64,000 nucleotides of DNA from an uncultured virus (IMG/VR IMGVR_UViG_2061766007_000176). Lineage: Duplodnaviria > Heunggongvirae > Uroviricota > Caudoviricetes. The notes under the pieces were generated by a model. The model searched no databases. It saw nothing but the letters and a program-made list of their open reading frames with translations, and had not been told where the DNA came from. The position numbers were made by a program, and so were the translations under genes. The DNA lies in the IMG/VR virus record IMGVR_UViG_2061766007_000176, one strand, 5' to 3'. Numbering within the stretch: position 1 is the stretch's first letter; each line of letters begins with the position of its first letter. Below are positions 19,822 through 30,304 of this stretch, in pieces.

Positions 19822-20057
19822 CGTCCCGCTTATTTTCTGGCCGGCCATACTCATACCGGCCTGCCCAACGCCTTATACTCCCCCACGCTAACATAATACC
19901 ATAAATCCCGCAAGATGTCAAGCCCCTACAAATATTAAATTTCTGTTACAATTTCATTACAATTCTATTACATCGGCGTCGCCTTATACCACAAGGCGTG
20001 ACGCCTATTTTGTTACCCCTATATACCACGTACTGGCCCGCGCCTTATACGCACTGG

Positions 20058-20320
20058 CCAGCTGGAAAAGCTGGATGAGCTGGGAGCTGGAAAGGCACCG
20101 GCCAGCTGGATACTGTATACAAGCTGCGACTGGCCAGCTGGGACACCACCCAGGAGCTGGGCGAGCTGGGACAAGCTGGAACTCCGTCGACGAGCTGGGA
20201 AAGAGCTCGAAAATTTTCCAATTTATCAAGCTTCGAAAGCTGGGTCCCACGAATCATCCACACCAATTTTTGGCTTGCCATAAGCTGCGATATCTGGCTT
20301 AAAATCGTGAGCAGCTGGAT
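20058..20320 (+). repeat. Strand-polarised AGCTGG cluster (about 12 copies)
   Basis: Counted by eye in a non-coding stretch. Confidence 0.85.
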
Positions 20321-20623
20321 TGGCCGCAAGCCGAAGTTCCGTCGTCGTGAAAATTCGGAGCAAATTCTGGAAAACCCAAAAAATTTTTTCAAAAATTTTT
20401 TCTCAAATATTTGACTTCAAGTAAAATTTCGTGTATAATAAATGTGTAAGAGGGAGAGAGATATAAAATCTCCTACCAAAAGTTTGAGTTTAAGAAACTA
20501 ATACTTGACTCAAAATGAAATTTAGTGTATAATATGTATGTAAGAGGGAGAGATCCCCTACAGAATAAATTTGTGCGGTTAGCGGTCCGCCGTAAATCAA
20601 AATCGTGTGTAAAAGGAGTACAT

Positions 20624-21109
20624 ATGAATAAGAATGATGTCCTGTCCACTATCCTCGCTCTGGAAGGTGCCACCATGTGCCGCCAGAACAAGACCAACTT
20701 TATTGCCATCCCTACTGAAGATGGTGTTGTGAAGGTTACTATTGGTACCGCTCTGGCGGAAGATACCAAGAACCACAAGGCTTTCAACTTTGAAGCTGCT
20801 AAAGCTGACTACAAGGCTTGGGAAGCTGAAGGTGCCCTGCGTGCGGCCGAGCGCGCTAACAAGCCTGTAAAGGTTAAGGGTCCTAACCCCGAAGCTCAGG
20901 CCCGTCGGGACGAGCTGGATGCCAAGGTAATGGCTCTGCCTTCCTTCACTGATTGCACCGCGACCGACATTATGAATGCTCTGGCTGGCCAGATCGCTGA
21001 GAATGTCACCGTCATGGCAGTTGGTTCCAGCGCTATGCGTCTGGTTGAAAAGGGTGTTCTCACCATGACCCTGGATGAGAAGAAAAAGAAGCACTACACG
21101 AAGGCTTAA
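20624..21109 (+). CDS. Hypothetical protein with C-terminal wHTH-like segment
   Basis: RBS AAAGGAG; TATDIM...AMRLVEKGVL; terminator GGGCGG-GAAA-CCGCCC plus T-run. Confidence 0.75.
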   Translation: MNKNDVLSTILALEGATMCRQNKTNFIAIPTEDGVVKVTIGTALAEDTKNHKAFNFEAAKADYKAWEAEGALRAAERANKPVKVKGPNPEAQARRDELDAKVMALPSFTDCTATDIMNALAGQIAENVTVMAVGSSAMRLVEKGVLTMTLDEKKKKHYTKA

Positions 21110-22056
21110 TCCTTCGCGGGCGGGAAACCGCCCTTCTTTTTTTTACCTGCGAATTGTATACAGTATACACCAAAATTTTCTAATATCTGACTTTAATAAA
21201 CTTAATATTTGACTTTTTTTGAAATTTCTGTTATAATATATATGTAAGGAGGGGAAAAGAGAAAAAAGGCTAACCACCTCACCCACTCTGAACCGTGCCC
21301 TTCCTTACATCTTGGGGCGTCCCTCGTAACGTGTTGGTTGCGAGGGACATTTTTTATGCTTTTCTAAAATTGTATACAGTATACTGTATACAATCGCAGC
21401 GCCGCGAAAAAATTTTTTTGTAATACCCTATCCCCTTTTTCAGACGCATTTGATCTTTTCACCAATTGCGCTTATTCTGGGGTATTAGCTGTACTAGACG
21501 CATTTTCCTTAGTTCCACTTCCTGCTGTTCTTGCTACATTAACCTGATCATTATACCAGAATAAGTTACCTTAAGCTGGATAAAATATATATGTACCTAA
21601 GCTGGTCGCAAGCCATTTCCATGTCATCTCCCCCCTAGCAGACGCATATTCTATATATATAATAAACGCGTCTGTTCCGGGGTATTTTTTTAACGAACCA
21701 TTACATTGTAATGATTTTTTTGGTACAATCAAATATTTGACAAGCTGGCCTACTATATGTTAAAATATAAAAAAAGAAAAAATAAATTTAAATAAAANNN
21801 NNNNNNNNNNNNNNNNNNNNNNNNNNNTATATTTTATTAAAAAAAATACTTGACAAGAGTCAAATTTTGGGCGCACCTACCTAAAACATAGCCCCACGCC
21901 CCATTTTTTCAACGAAATGCTACTCGTAATACTTTGTTCCCTCTATTTCCAACACCACACCCGTTTTACTACTACTTTTATCCTTCTCTTTTACTAACTA
22001 CAATGTATTTGTTATGTAAGATTGAATATACCAATTATTTCTAGGAGTGAAAATTT

Positions 22057-22290
22057 ATGGCATTTATTATTGATAGGTATAATAAGTATGATACGTGGGA
22101 TCGCACACATCAATGTAAAACCTTTGAAATAAATGAGTAGTGGTATGCGGTTTATGAGGTATAGTTGGAGTGGGGATTACCAGTGTTGCCAATGCGCACT
22201 ACCTATGATTAGGATCCGAAATAGTATTTTATTTATGATAAGATAGAGGACGCAATACGATTTGTTTAGTTGATGAAGGGACTTAATTGA
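22057..22290 (+). CDS. Hypothetical protein (TAG=Gln, 77 aa)
   Basis: RBS AGGAG; 5 in-frame TAG, ends TGA. Confidence 0.6.
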
Positions 22291-22706
22291 GTATAGAGCA
22301 ATTTTATTTCATTTCATTTTAAAGTGCGCCTACACCTACCAAATATGGTAGTCATGTATTATTTTCCGAAACTATACTCACTATATGTTGTAATTTCATT
22401 TTCATTTGCGACGATTCATACATAATATAGTAGTCGCGCAATAAAACCCAAAACCCCTCCCGCTATATATTGTAATTTCATTTTCATTTTGAAAATTTCA
22501 TACTATATATCAAATTTTATCACCATATCCCATAACCTCACCCTCTCGTAAGAGAGCCAGACCGCCGCAGGCGGGCTGGATCTCGCACGAAAACGAATTT
22601 TGAGGGACAGACCCGCGTAGCGGGGCTGTGCCGAATAAATTCGTAACCACAGTTAACTATTGACAAATATATTATTTTATTATATAATAAAAGAAAAGGA
22701 GAAAAT

Positions 22707-23081
22707 ATGAAAATTACATTTTATAATCCCAAAACTAAAATGTTGTATACTCAAGATTACGATAAACCGTGGTATTATATATTAAAATTACGCTGTGATT
22801 GTTTTCGTGTATCTAAATATAATAAATATGGTAGTAAATTTTCACGCGAAATATTAAAACAAGGTGGATTAGAAAAAATATCTTATATTGTATCTGACTC
22901 TATTCCATTTTGTAATAATTATAATAATGAATTTATTAGTTATGCGGGACAAATATCTATAGAGCAATGGATTGATACGCATCCAGGAGAATCAACAATT
23001 CCTATACAATCATTTGAAGAATTAAATTTAGCTGTATCGCATAAGCATGATTGGGATACTAGACAAGATATGTATCCATAA
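22707..23081 (+). CDS. Hypothetical protein
   Basis: SigA promoter at 22660-22688, RBS AAAGGAG; no TAG. Confidence 0.7.
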   Translation: MKITFYNPKTKMLYTQDYDKPWYYILKLRCDCFRVSKYNKYGSKFSREILKQGGLEKISYIVSDSIPFCNNYNNEFISYAGQISIEQWIDTHPGESTIPIQSFEELNLAVSHKHDWDTRQDMYP

Positions 23082-23428
23082 TAAGTTCAGTTCCGAAAAT
23101 GCGTCTGATACGGCGCAATTTCATTTTCATTTCCTGTATGTGCGGCCGACCTCGATATGCGCCCTGAAAGACCTGAAACTATACCCCTTTCACTACTTGT
23201 ATCTATGTTCGACCGCATCACATTTTCTCATATACTAAATCTATGGTAACAAAATTTTTAGTTGCCATACATTTTGTAATTTCATTTTATTTCAAAAAAT
23301 TTTATATCTCTACAGCGATACACCCGCCATATCCCAAAACCACCCCATTATTTGACATCTGAAGAAATTTATGGTATATTTTTAGTATAGAAAAATATAC
23401 CTTATTTTTGTATGGAGGTGTATCTGCA

Positions 23429-23590
23429 ATGAATGTTATAGAAAAAGAACAAATGGAAATGCGCCGTAAGCTTGTAAGACAAATTCAAAAAACTATGGAA
23501 AACTACTACGCAAGTATAAATCCAGAAAAATTAGAAGAGATAAAAAATATTATCAAGGGGTATACATTATGCGACAACACGAACAAGTAA
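23429..23590 (+). CDS. Small hypothetical protein
   Basis: RBS GGAGG; promoter at 23352-23380. Confidence 0.6.
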   Translation: MNVIEKEQMEMRRKLVRQIQKTMENYYASINPEKLEEIKNIIKGYTLCDNTNK

Positions 23591-25221
23591 AAGAATTTGC
23601 GGTTGAGGATATTATTAGACTTGTACGCGAAACCGACCTCTCCGACCTTAACACTTTTCTAGTGTTAAATGGCGGCACAGGCGTAGGTAAAACAACCGCT
23701 ATTATGAATAATGTGCTTGCGGAACTTGACCATAAATTTGGTCATCTTCAAACAATGTTAGTGGTAGAAAGCCGCAGCATCACAGTTGAATAGCTACGTC
23801 ATAAGTATGGTGAAGCAGATGTTTGTCAGCGCCTGGGTTTTGCTAACATGATTCGCAAAGGCACTGTAGATTATGATTGGGTAGTAATTGATGAGTGTCA
23901 TGGTCTCTTTAGCGAAGCCTCTTTCGCAGAAGACACAACTATTATAGGAGATTGGATTAAGAATTCGCGCAAAAACACCCACATTATCTTCATTACTGCT
24001 AATGATGAATACTTTGAAGAATTATCAAAACAATTCTTCTCCGATGAATCATCATTTATATATTTGTTTCCCGACTTTACTAAATACGTATCAAATACGT
24101 ATGTAAAGGAAATTCAGTTCCTTAAAACAAAAAATACCAATGATTCACTTCAATACTTCTTGGATCAATAGGAAGGAAAGCGCGGTATTGTATTTCTTAA
24201 AAGCGCAAGTAAAGTAAAAGATTGGTACTTTAAATTGCTTGATTAGAAGAAAGGTGTTGCGATGCTAGTTTCGCGCGCGAATCAAACCGCACTTACTTTA
24301 GATATCACATAGGCACAAATTGCAGCAAAAGACCTATTGCTTGAACTAAGTGATGGTCAGTCTGGTTTAACATTAGCAGACCTACAAGATATGGCAGATA
24401 AGCAACGTATTGCGGATGGAAAGGAATCATTATTTGAAGCATTACGCAACGAGCATTTACCAGATGATATTTCAATTTTGATTGTAACAGATACACTTCA
24501 AGAAGGTATGTCTCTTACATTTCCCAAAATTGACTATATGATTATTGATGGGTATGGGGAAGTTGAAATTAGGCAAAAGGTAGGACGGTTCAGGGGCAAC
24601 TTAGACCAGCTTTTCATTATCTTTAACCCCAATAATGCGCGCCGTGATTTTCAAATTCAATCCGATATGTTCGCGCATTTTCGCAAACTTCAAGCTGAAG
24701 GTAATCAAGTAGAGTTAGCAAAACAATTTGGTATCCTTAAGGGCGCACGCTTTAAAGTAAAATATATTCAAGAACGTATTACTGATAAAGGCGAGAAAAT
24801 GTATGAAGTAAATGAGCAAGCCTATTTACACTTACTCAAAGATCATAAAGATTATTTACATTTAATGGGTAATACAGAGGAAGCGGTTAAAGAAATGTAT
24901 AGTTATTTAGGCGCAACTCCAAAACTTATAGACCCTAATATAATTCGAATTTCAAATTAGAAAGAACTCTTATTAGAAATAGCAGAAAGATGGCGTGGAA
25001 TTCCCTTAAAGGGCCCCGCCCAAGAAGCTTTATTACAAGACTTCAAAGCTATGGGAATAACAGATAAACAGCGACATTCCGTTAATTCATTGCGCGGATG
25101 CACTACACTTTTTATTGACGCAGGAATAACAATTACAGAAAAATAGGCGTCTCTTAAAGACTTAGAACAATGGCCCCAATATTTAACTAAAATACGCGAA
25201 AAATATCGCGTTATTATATGA
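23569..25221 (+). CDS. Superfamily 2 (DExH) helicase (TAG=Gln, 550 aa)
   Basis: GGTGVGKT, IDECH, ITAN, QEGMS, QKVGRFR lie in one frame separated only by TAG (6 in total); ends TGA. Confidence 0.9.
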
Positions 25222-25230
25222 GGTGATTAT

Positions 25231-25788
25231 ATGGCAACATATACACTATATTTTAACCCTGATGCTGCAAATGGTACTCCAAATAACTGGTATACTGGTA
25301 CTACAAAAAATAATACTACTAGTAGCGCCATACCCCCGGGTGAACGTATTACATAGATTGTAATTAACGCGACCGCGCAGGGTTCTAAAAATGAAACCTT
25401 TACTTTTAAATTAGTATCTAATGCTTCAAATGCAAATTCAATTACTATTGGTACACATAAAAAAACCAATGCATCCACTTCATCATAGCAATTTACCCTT
25501 ACTAAGAATTTTACCACTACTGAAGGTAATACCTATGCAGGAAAAAATGTATTCCTTAATTTAACCACAAATGCTAGCGGCGCTTCAATTTGGGGTAGAG
25601 TTACTATGACAGTTACTACAGGTCCTAAATTAACCGCAGTTGTCGCAGGCAATAAGATATATAAGACAGACTTAACACAAACAGGAGCCACCGCGGATGA
25701 TGCTACCTATATCAAATATCGTTCTGTATTCTCCTCTGGTACAAAGTGCGAAGCTTCTACTTTTAATAGTCAAGTACTTGGACTTTAA
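25231..25788 (+). CDS. Thr/Ser-rich hypothetical protein (TAG=Gln)
   Basis: RBS GAGGTG; 2 in-frame TAG. Confidence 0.7.
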
Positions 25789-25848
25789 TATTTGACTTTT
25801 ATCTTAATTTAATTTATAATATAAGTAGTAAGAGAAGGAGGATTTAGT

Positions 25849-26409
25849 ATGAATAAAAATCCCTTATCCGTATGGACATATTCATATCGTAAATCATATT
25901 ATATTTTACATCCTTGGAAATGGTTTTATGATACTTACTGGAATCTTCGTAATTGGATACATAGAGCAAATCGAGGTTATGCTTATGTAGATGTTTGGAA
26001 CCTCGGTAATTGGGCGCCTCGTGTAATTGCTGAAGCTCTTCGTTATCTTGCTAAACATCATTGTGGATATCCTGGTCATGTACCGTGGGAAACTCCAGGA
26101 AAATGGACTGAGCATCTTGAGTATCTTGCTAATCAGTTCCAGCGTTGCGCCGATTTTATGGATGGTGAATGTGAAACTGACGAACGTAATGAATATAAAG
26201 ATGCCTTCTATGAAATGTGTGATCGTACTCATCGTGAATATAAGGATGAAAATGGCAATATCGTTTGGGACTCTGAACGCACTCCTGAAGATGATGAGTT
26301 AAGAGATAAATATTTTAAGCGTTGTGCCGAACTCGCAAAAGTCGATGCGCAATACGCGCGTGAAGTATTTGGTTTCTTTGGAGAACACCTAGGTCATTAT
26401 TGGGACTAA
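25849..26409 (+). CDS. Hypothetical protein
   Basis: SigA promoter; no TAG. Confidence 0.75.
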   Translation: MNKNPLSVWTYSYRKSYYILHPWKWFYDTYWNLRNWIHRANRGYAYVDVWNLGNWAPRVIAEALRYLAKHHCGYPGHVPWETPGKWTEHLEYLANQFQRCADFMDGECETDERNEYKDAFYEMCDRTHREYKDENGNIVWDSERTPEDDELRDKYFKRCAELAKVDAQYAREVFGFFGEHLGHYWD

Positions 26410-26484
26410 ATTTTAAAAATTTTTGGGACTAAATATAATGATTTTATTGTTTCATAATCACCTAATGATATGGAGGTGATGAAT

Positions 26485-27165
26485 ATGATTGGTATTTATA
26501 AAATTGAAAATCAATTAAATCATCATATTTATATAGGACAAAGTACAAATATTTAGAGTAGATGGACAAATCATAAGTGGAATTATAAAGCAAATAAAAC
26601 TGATACTACTTTATATAAAGCTTTTCAAAAATATGGCATTGATAATTTTTCTTTTTCTATAATAGAAATATGCAAAGAAGAAGAATTAGATGAAAAAGAA
26701 ATTTATTGGATAAGTTATTATGATAGTTATAATAATGGTTATAATGAAACACCAGGAGGTCAATTAGGAAAGCCAAGACCAATAGTACAATATGATTTAA
26801 ATGGAAATAAAATTGCCACATATGCCAATAGTCGAATTGCGGCTGGTTTATTAAATTTAGCTTATGGAAATTTAACTACCTGTTGTCAAGGAAAACAAAA
26901 AAGTTATGGTGGTTATTTATGGACTTATGAAGGAGAGCCAGCCCCAGAACCATATGTTGATAATCGTATTGGGCATAAAACAAGTTCATCTAAAAGAATT
27001 ATTCAGTAGTATTCTAAACAAAATGAATTTATAAAAGAATATGAATCAGCGCATGAAGCGGCTCGACAAATAAATAAACCAACTTGTGCTAATCATATTA
27101 CTGAATGTTGTCAAGGAAAAAGAAAAACTTGTGAAGGATATATATGGAAATATAAGGAGAATTAA
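26485..27165 (+). CDS. GIY-YIG endonuclease with two NUMOD1-like repeats (TAG=Gln)
   Basis: MIGIYKI...IYIGQSTNI*SRW; PIVQYDLNG aligns with IIQ*YSKQN. Confidence 0.9.
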
Positions 27166-27166
27166 A

Positions 27167-27400
27167 ATGATTAGTACATTAAAAGAAAAGCCAAGTGGCG
27201 GCTTCTACTGTAGTGAATGTCGTATGAGCACAGCAGAACCTGTAGAAACATGCCCTTTTTGCGGCAGTATTATATCAAATTGGATGGATGTTATTATAAA
27301 GCAAGAAAATGATAAAATACATCGTATTTATGATGTGGATCCCATAACTGGTAAGATAAGGAGTGATAAAGATGAAAGTGACATTTATGGAAGAAATTGA
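27167..27400 (+). CDS. Zinc-ribbon protein
   Basis: CSEC and CPFC. Confidence 0.7.
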   Translation: MISTLKEKPSGGFYCSECRMSTAEPVETCPFCGSIISNWMDVIIKQENDKIHRIYDVDPITGKIRSDKDESDIYGRN

Positions 27401-27599
27401 AGCACGTCATGCTTGGCGTGAATGTATGTATTGTCCACAGTGTAATGAGGGCAAATATAAAATTCATCATCAATTAAAACCCGAAGTATCAAGTGCATGG
27501 TGGCTTGAATGTGAAAATTGCGGCTTTGAGTCATATCCATCTCCTACAAGAGAAATTGCCATTGCGCGATGGAAGCAAGCGAGGAATACCAATGTCTAA
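27372..27599 (+). CDS. Zinc-ribbon protein resembling the Lar restriction-alleviation family
   Basis: CPQC...ECENCG...EIAIARW. Confidence 0.55.
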   Translation: MKVTFMEEIEARHAWRECMYCPQCNEGKYKIHHQLKPEVSSAWWLECENCGFESYPSPTREIAIARWKQARNTNV

Positions 27600-27975
27600 A
27601 ACTAATTGTAAAAATTGTGGCGCTGCATTAGATATATGGTCACCCAAATGCGAATTTTGTGGGACTAAAAATGTAAATTTAACCGCGCTTGATTTAGCTA
27701 GCGGTGAACCCGCGAATTTCATTTTCAAAATGCCTTCAAATATGCGAGTGGTTGATAAGAATGGCGCTGATGTTTATCTATCCATCCTTGCTATTCCTTC
27801 ATTAGAAACTATTACCATGATGTCTGAACCGACTTATTGTTATGGAGGGTTTGGTAATAAACCATTAGCATATATTAATAATTATTCAATGGATATGCAA
27901 CTTAAACTAACGACAGTTAGTCATATTGAAAATGATAAAGAAACTTTATATACAATAAGGTATGGTGATGAATAA
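27592..27975 (+). CDS. Zinc-ribbon protein
   Basis: CKNCGA...CEFCG. Confidence 0.7.
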   Translation: MSKTNCKNCGAALDIWSPKCEFCGTKNVNLTALDLASGEPANFIFKMPSNMRVVDKNGADVYLSILAIPSLETITMMSEPTYCYGGFGNKPLAYINNYSMDMQLKLTTVSHIENDKETLYTIRYGDE

Positions 27976-28643
27976 TGTTAACAATGTTTACTGCGCTAGA
28001 GGCACGCGCAACCGCATATCTTGTATCACCAGAAGATTATTCTATTTATTAGCATATTGAGGTCAGAATTATAGATAGTGTTCAACATGGTGGTACTTCA
28101 GTACTTTATGGTGGAAAAATTACTCATCCTGTAATTGATGCCTTACGCGCGCTTGGCTATGAGGTAACACATCTTCAATATGAAGGTAAAGATGAAATGA
28201 TTAGAATAGATTGGTCACATATTATGTGCCCTGATAGTTTAATATGTCCAAAGGAGATAAAGAAATGAGTACAAATAAAGAGAGAATTTTGAGAGATATT
28301 GAATATATAAGTGGTGGTATTACTACATTTAAAGCTATGTGTAAACAGGCTGGAGAAAAATTTGATCCTTATTATGCCGTATTTGATGAATGGCAAGATA
28401 CACTTTGTTCTATGATTGATATGATTGAGGAGGATTATGAAAATGCCGCATACCATTGAAGAACTTGCTGAAATGATTGCCAAACGAGATGATATTGATT
28501 ATGAAGATGCGCTTGAATTGGTGAGGGATACCGCAGCGGAAATGGAATATGCTTTCTATAATGGTAAATTATTTGAAGCGGAAGATATTCTCGCAAGCAA
28601 TTTACACTTGGAACCGGACTATTTGGATTTATTTATATTTTAA
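27975..28643 (+). CDS. Three small hypothetical proteins (27975-28268 with 1 TAG; 28265-28459; 28437-28643)
   Basis: Coupled overlaps; terminator AAGCCGC-GAAA-GCGGCTT follows. Confidence 0.65.
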
Positions 28644-28751
28644 ATTAAGCCGCGAAAGCGGCTTCTTTTTTTATTTACCAAAATAAAAACCATTGTTTTT
28701 ATTTTTAAATTCTACCTAATTCTTAGGAATATGTGTAAAGGAGGGATAACT

Positions 28752-29249
28752 ATGTCCATTAATTATAATTTACCGCCAGACCCGTAGAATGCGGTACTTA
28801 AACGTATTTATCCCTGGGATGAATATGATATTACATTAGTAATGTAGTGGCTTTTTGCGCAAGCACAAAAAACAGGATTTACTGGCACTTTTGAAGATTT
28901 TAAATAGAGATATGGAAATTATGTTGAAGCATCTGATCCATAGGATATTTATGATTTAATAAATAACTATACGGGCGCGTATCATATTACTCCACTTGTT
29001 AGCATTGAACAAACGCTTAAAACAAAAAATAAAATATTAAATGAGAATATTATAATCGATCCAATACCAGATTATTTACTTGGAGCAAATAAAACATATA
29101 CAGGTGAATATCAAGTAACACCGCTACCTAATACAAGTTAGGTCTTACGTACTGAAAATAGAATATTGGAGGAAAATATTATAATACAAGAAATACCTAT
29201 GCATTAGATAGATAATGATGCTGGCGGCAGAACCGTCACAATAGGATAA
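28752..29249 (+). CDS. Putative virion-associated protein (TAG=Gln)
   Basis: RBS GGAGG; GFTGTFEDF motif shared with 54500-54979. Confidence 0.7.
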
Positions 29250-29261
29250 GGAGGAGATTTT

Positions 29262-29873
29262 ATGGCAAATAATACTTATATTAATAAAGTAATATTTGGC
29301 GGCGACACACTAATCGATCTAAGTAGTGATGATGTCGCAAGAGCATCAGTATTAAATGGTAAATATTTCCATTTACCGACAGGTGAGCGTACCACGGGTA
29401 CTTGTACATATGATGCTGATACTAGTGATGCGGATGCTGCGACCGATGATATTTTAAGCGGTAAAACCGCATATAAAAATGGTTCTAAATTAGTTGGTAC
29501 CATGAATAATTAGGGCGAAAAGCATTTAACTATTAGCGCACGTGATACTGCGGTAACTATTCCCGCGGGTTATCATGATGGATCTGGTGATGCGGGTTTA
29601 GGCTCAGCGGATAAAGCCGCATTAATTTCTACTAATATTCGTAGTGGTGTTACCATTCTTGGTATTGAAGGTAGTATGAGTGGTAGTGAAAATGTTAAAG
29701 CAACAAGTACTACACTTACTCCATATACTACATCACAAACAATTCAACCATCAGATTTAGGTGATTATAATAGTTTTAGTGCGATTACAGTTAGCGCAAT
29801 TGCTTATACTGAAACTGATAATATTGCTGGTGGAAAAACCGCAACAATTGGTACTGTCGCGCCAACTACCTAA
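29262..29873 (+). CDS. Putative tail-associated protein (TAG=Gln)
   Basis: Joins two ORF-track pieces in one frame; INKVIFGGDTLIDL, IPAGYHDGSG. Confidence 0.75.
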
Positions 29874-29887
29874 GGTGGTGACCGCGC

Positions 29888-30304
29888 ATGGCAAATAATC
29901 AATATATAAATAAGGTAGTGTTTGGGAATAATACATTAATTGATTTAAGTAGTGATACTGTTAATCCTGGAGTTTTAGTAACAGGATATACTGCACATGA
30001 TCAAACAGGTGCTTCTATTACTGGTACTGTGCCATATGGTACTCCAAATATTGGATTTGATAGCGGTACATTTAAAATATAGTTTTCATATGGATTATAT
30101 AGCGGTTCATTAACTGTTCCAAATATATCTATTCCAGTTCCTTCCAGCGGGACGAATAGTATTATAATAAAAGTGCCAAATGGTACTACGACGCCAAGTT
30201 CGTCTGATGAGGGCGATTGGATTCCAATAACATTTACAGTAGATTCTTCTGGTAATTCAGAATTAATCGAAGATATAAGTAATGCAACAGGGGTGAGTTT
30301 CTAA
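29888..30304 (+). CDS. Paralog of the preceding N-terminus (TAG=Gln)
   Basis: INKVVFGNNTLIDLSSD; ends TAA overlapping the next ATG. Confidence 0.75.

Noticed and set aside
27..19870. CRISPR array or classical integron
   Set aside because: Repeats are short, degenerate and irregularly spaced; no cas gene, integrase or attC-type structure is visible in the window
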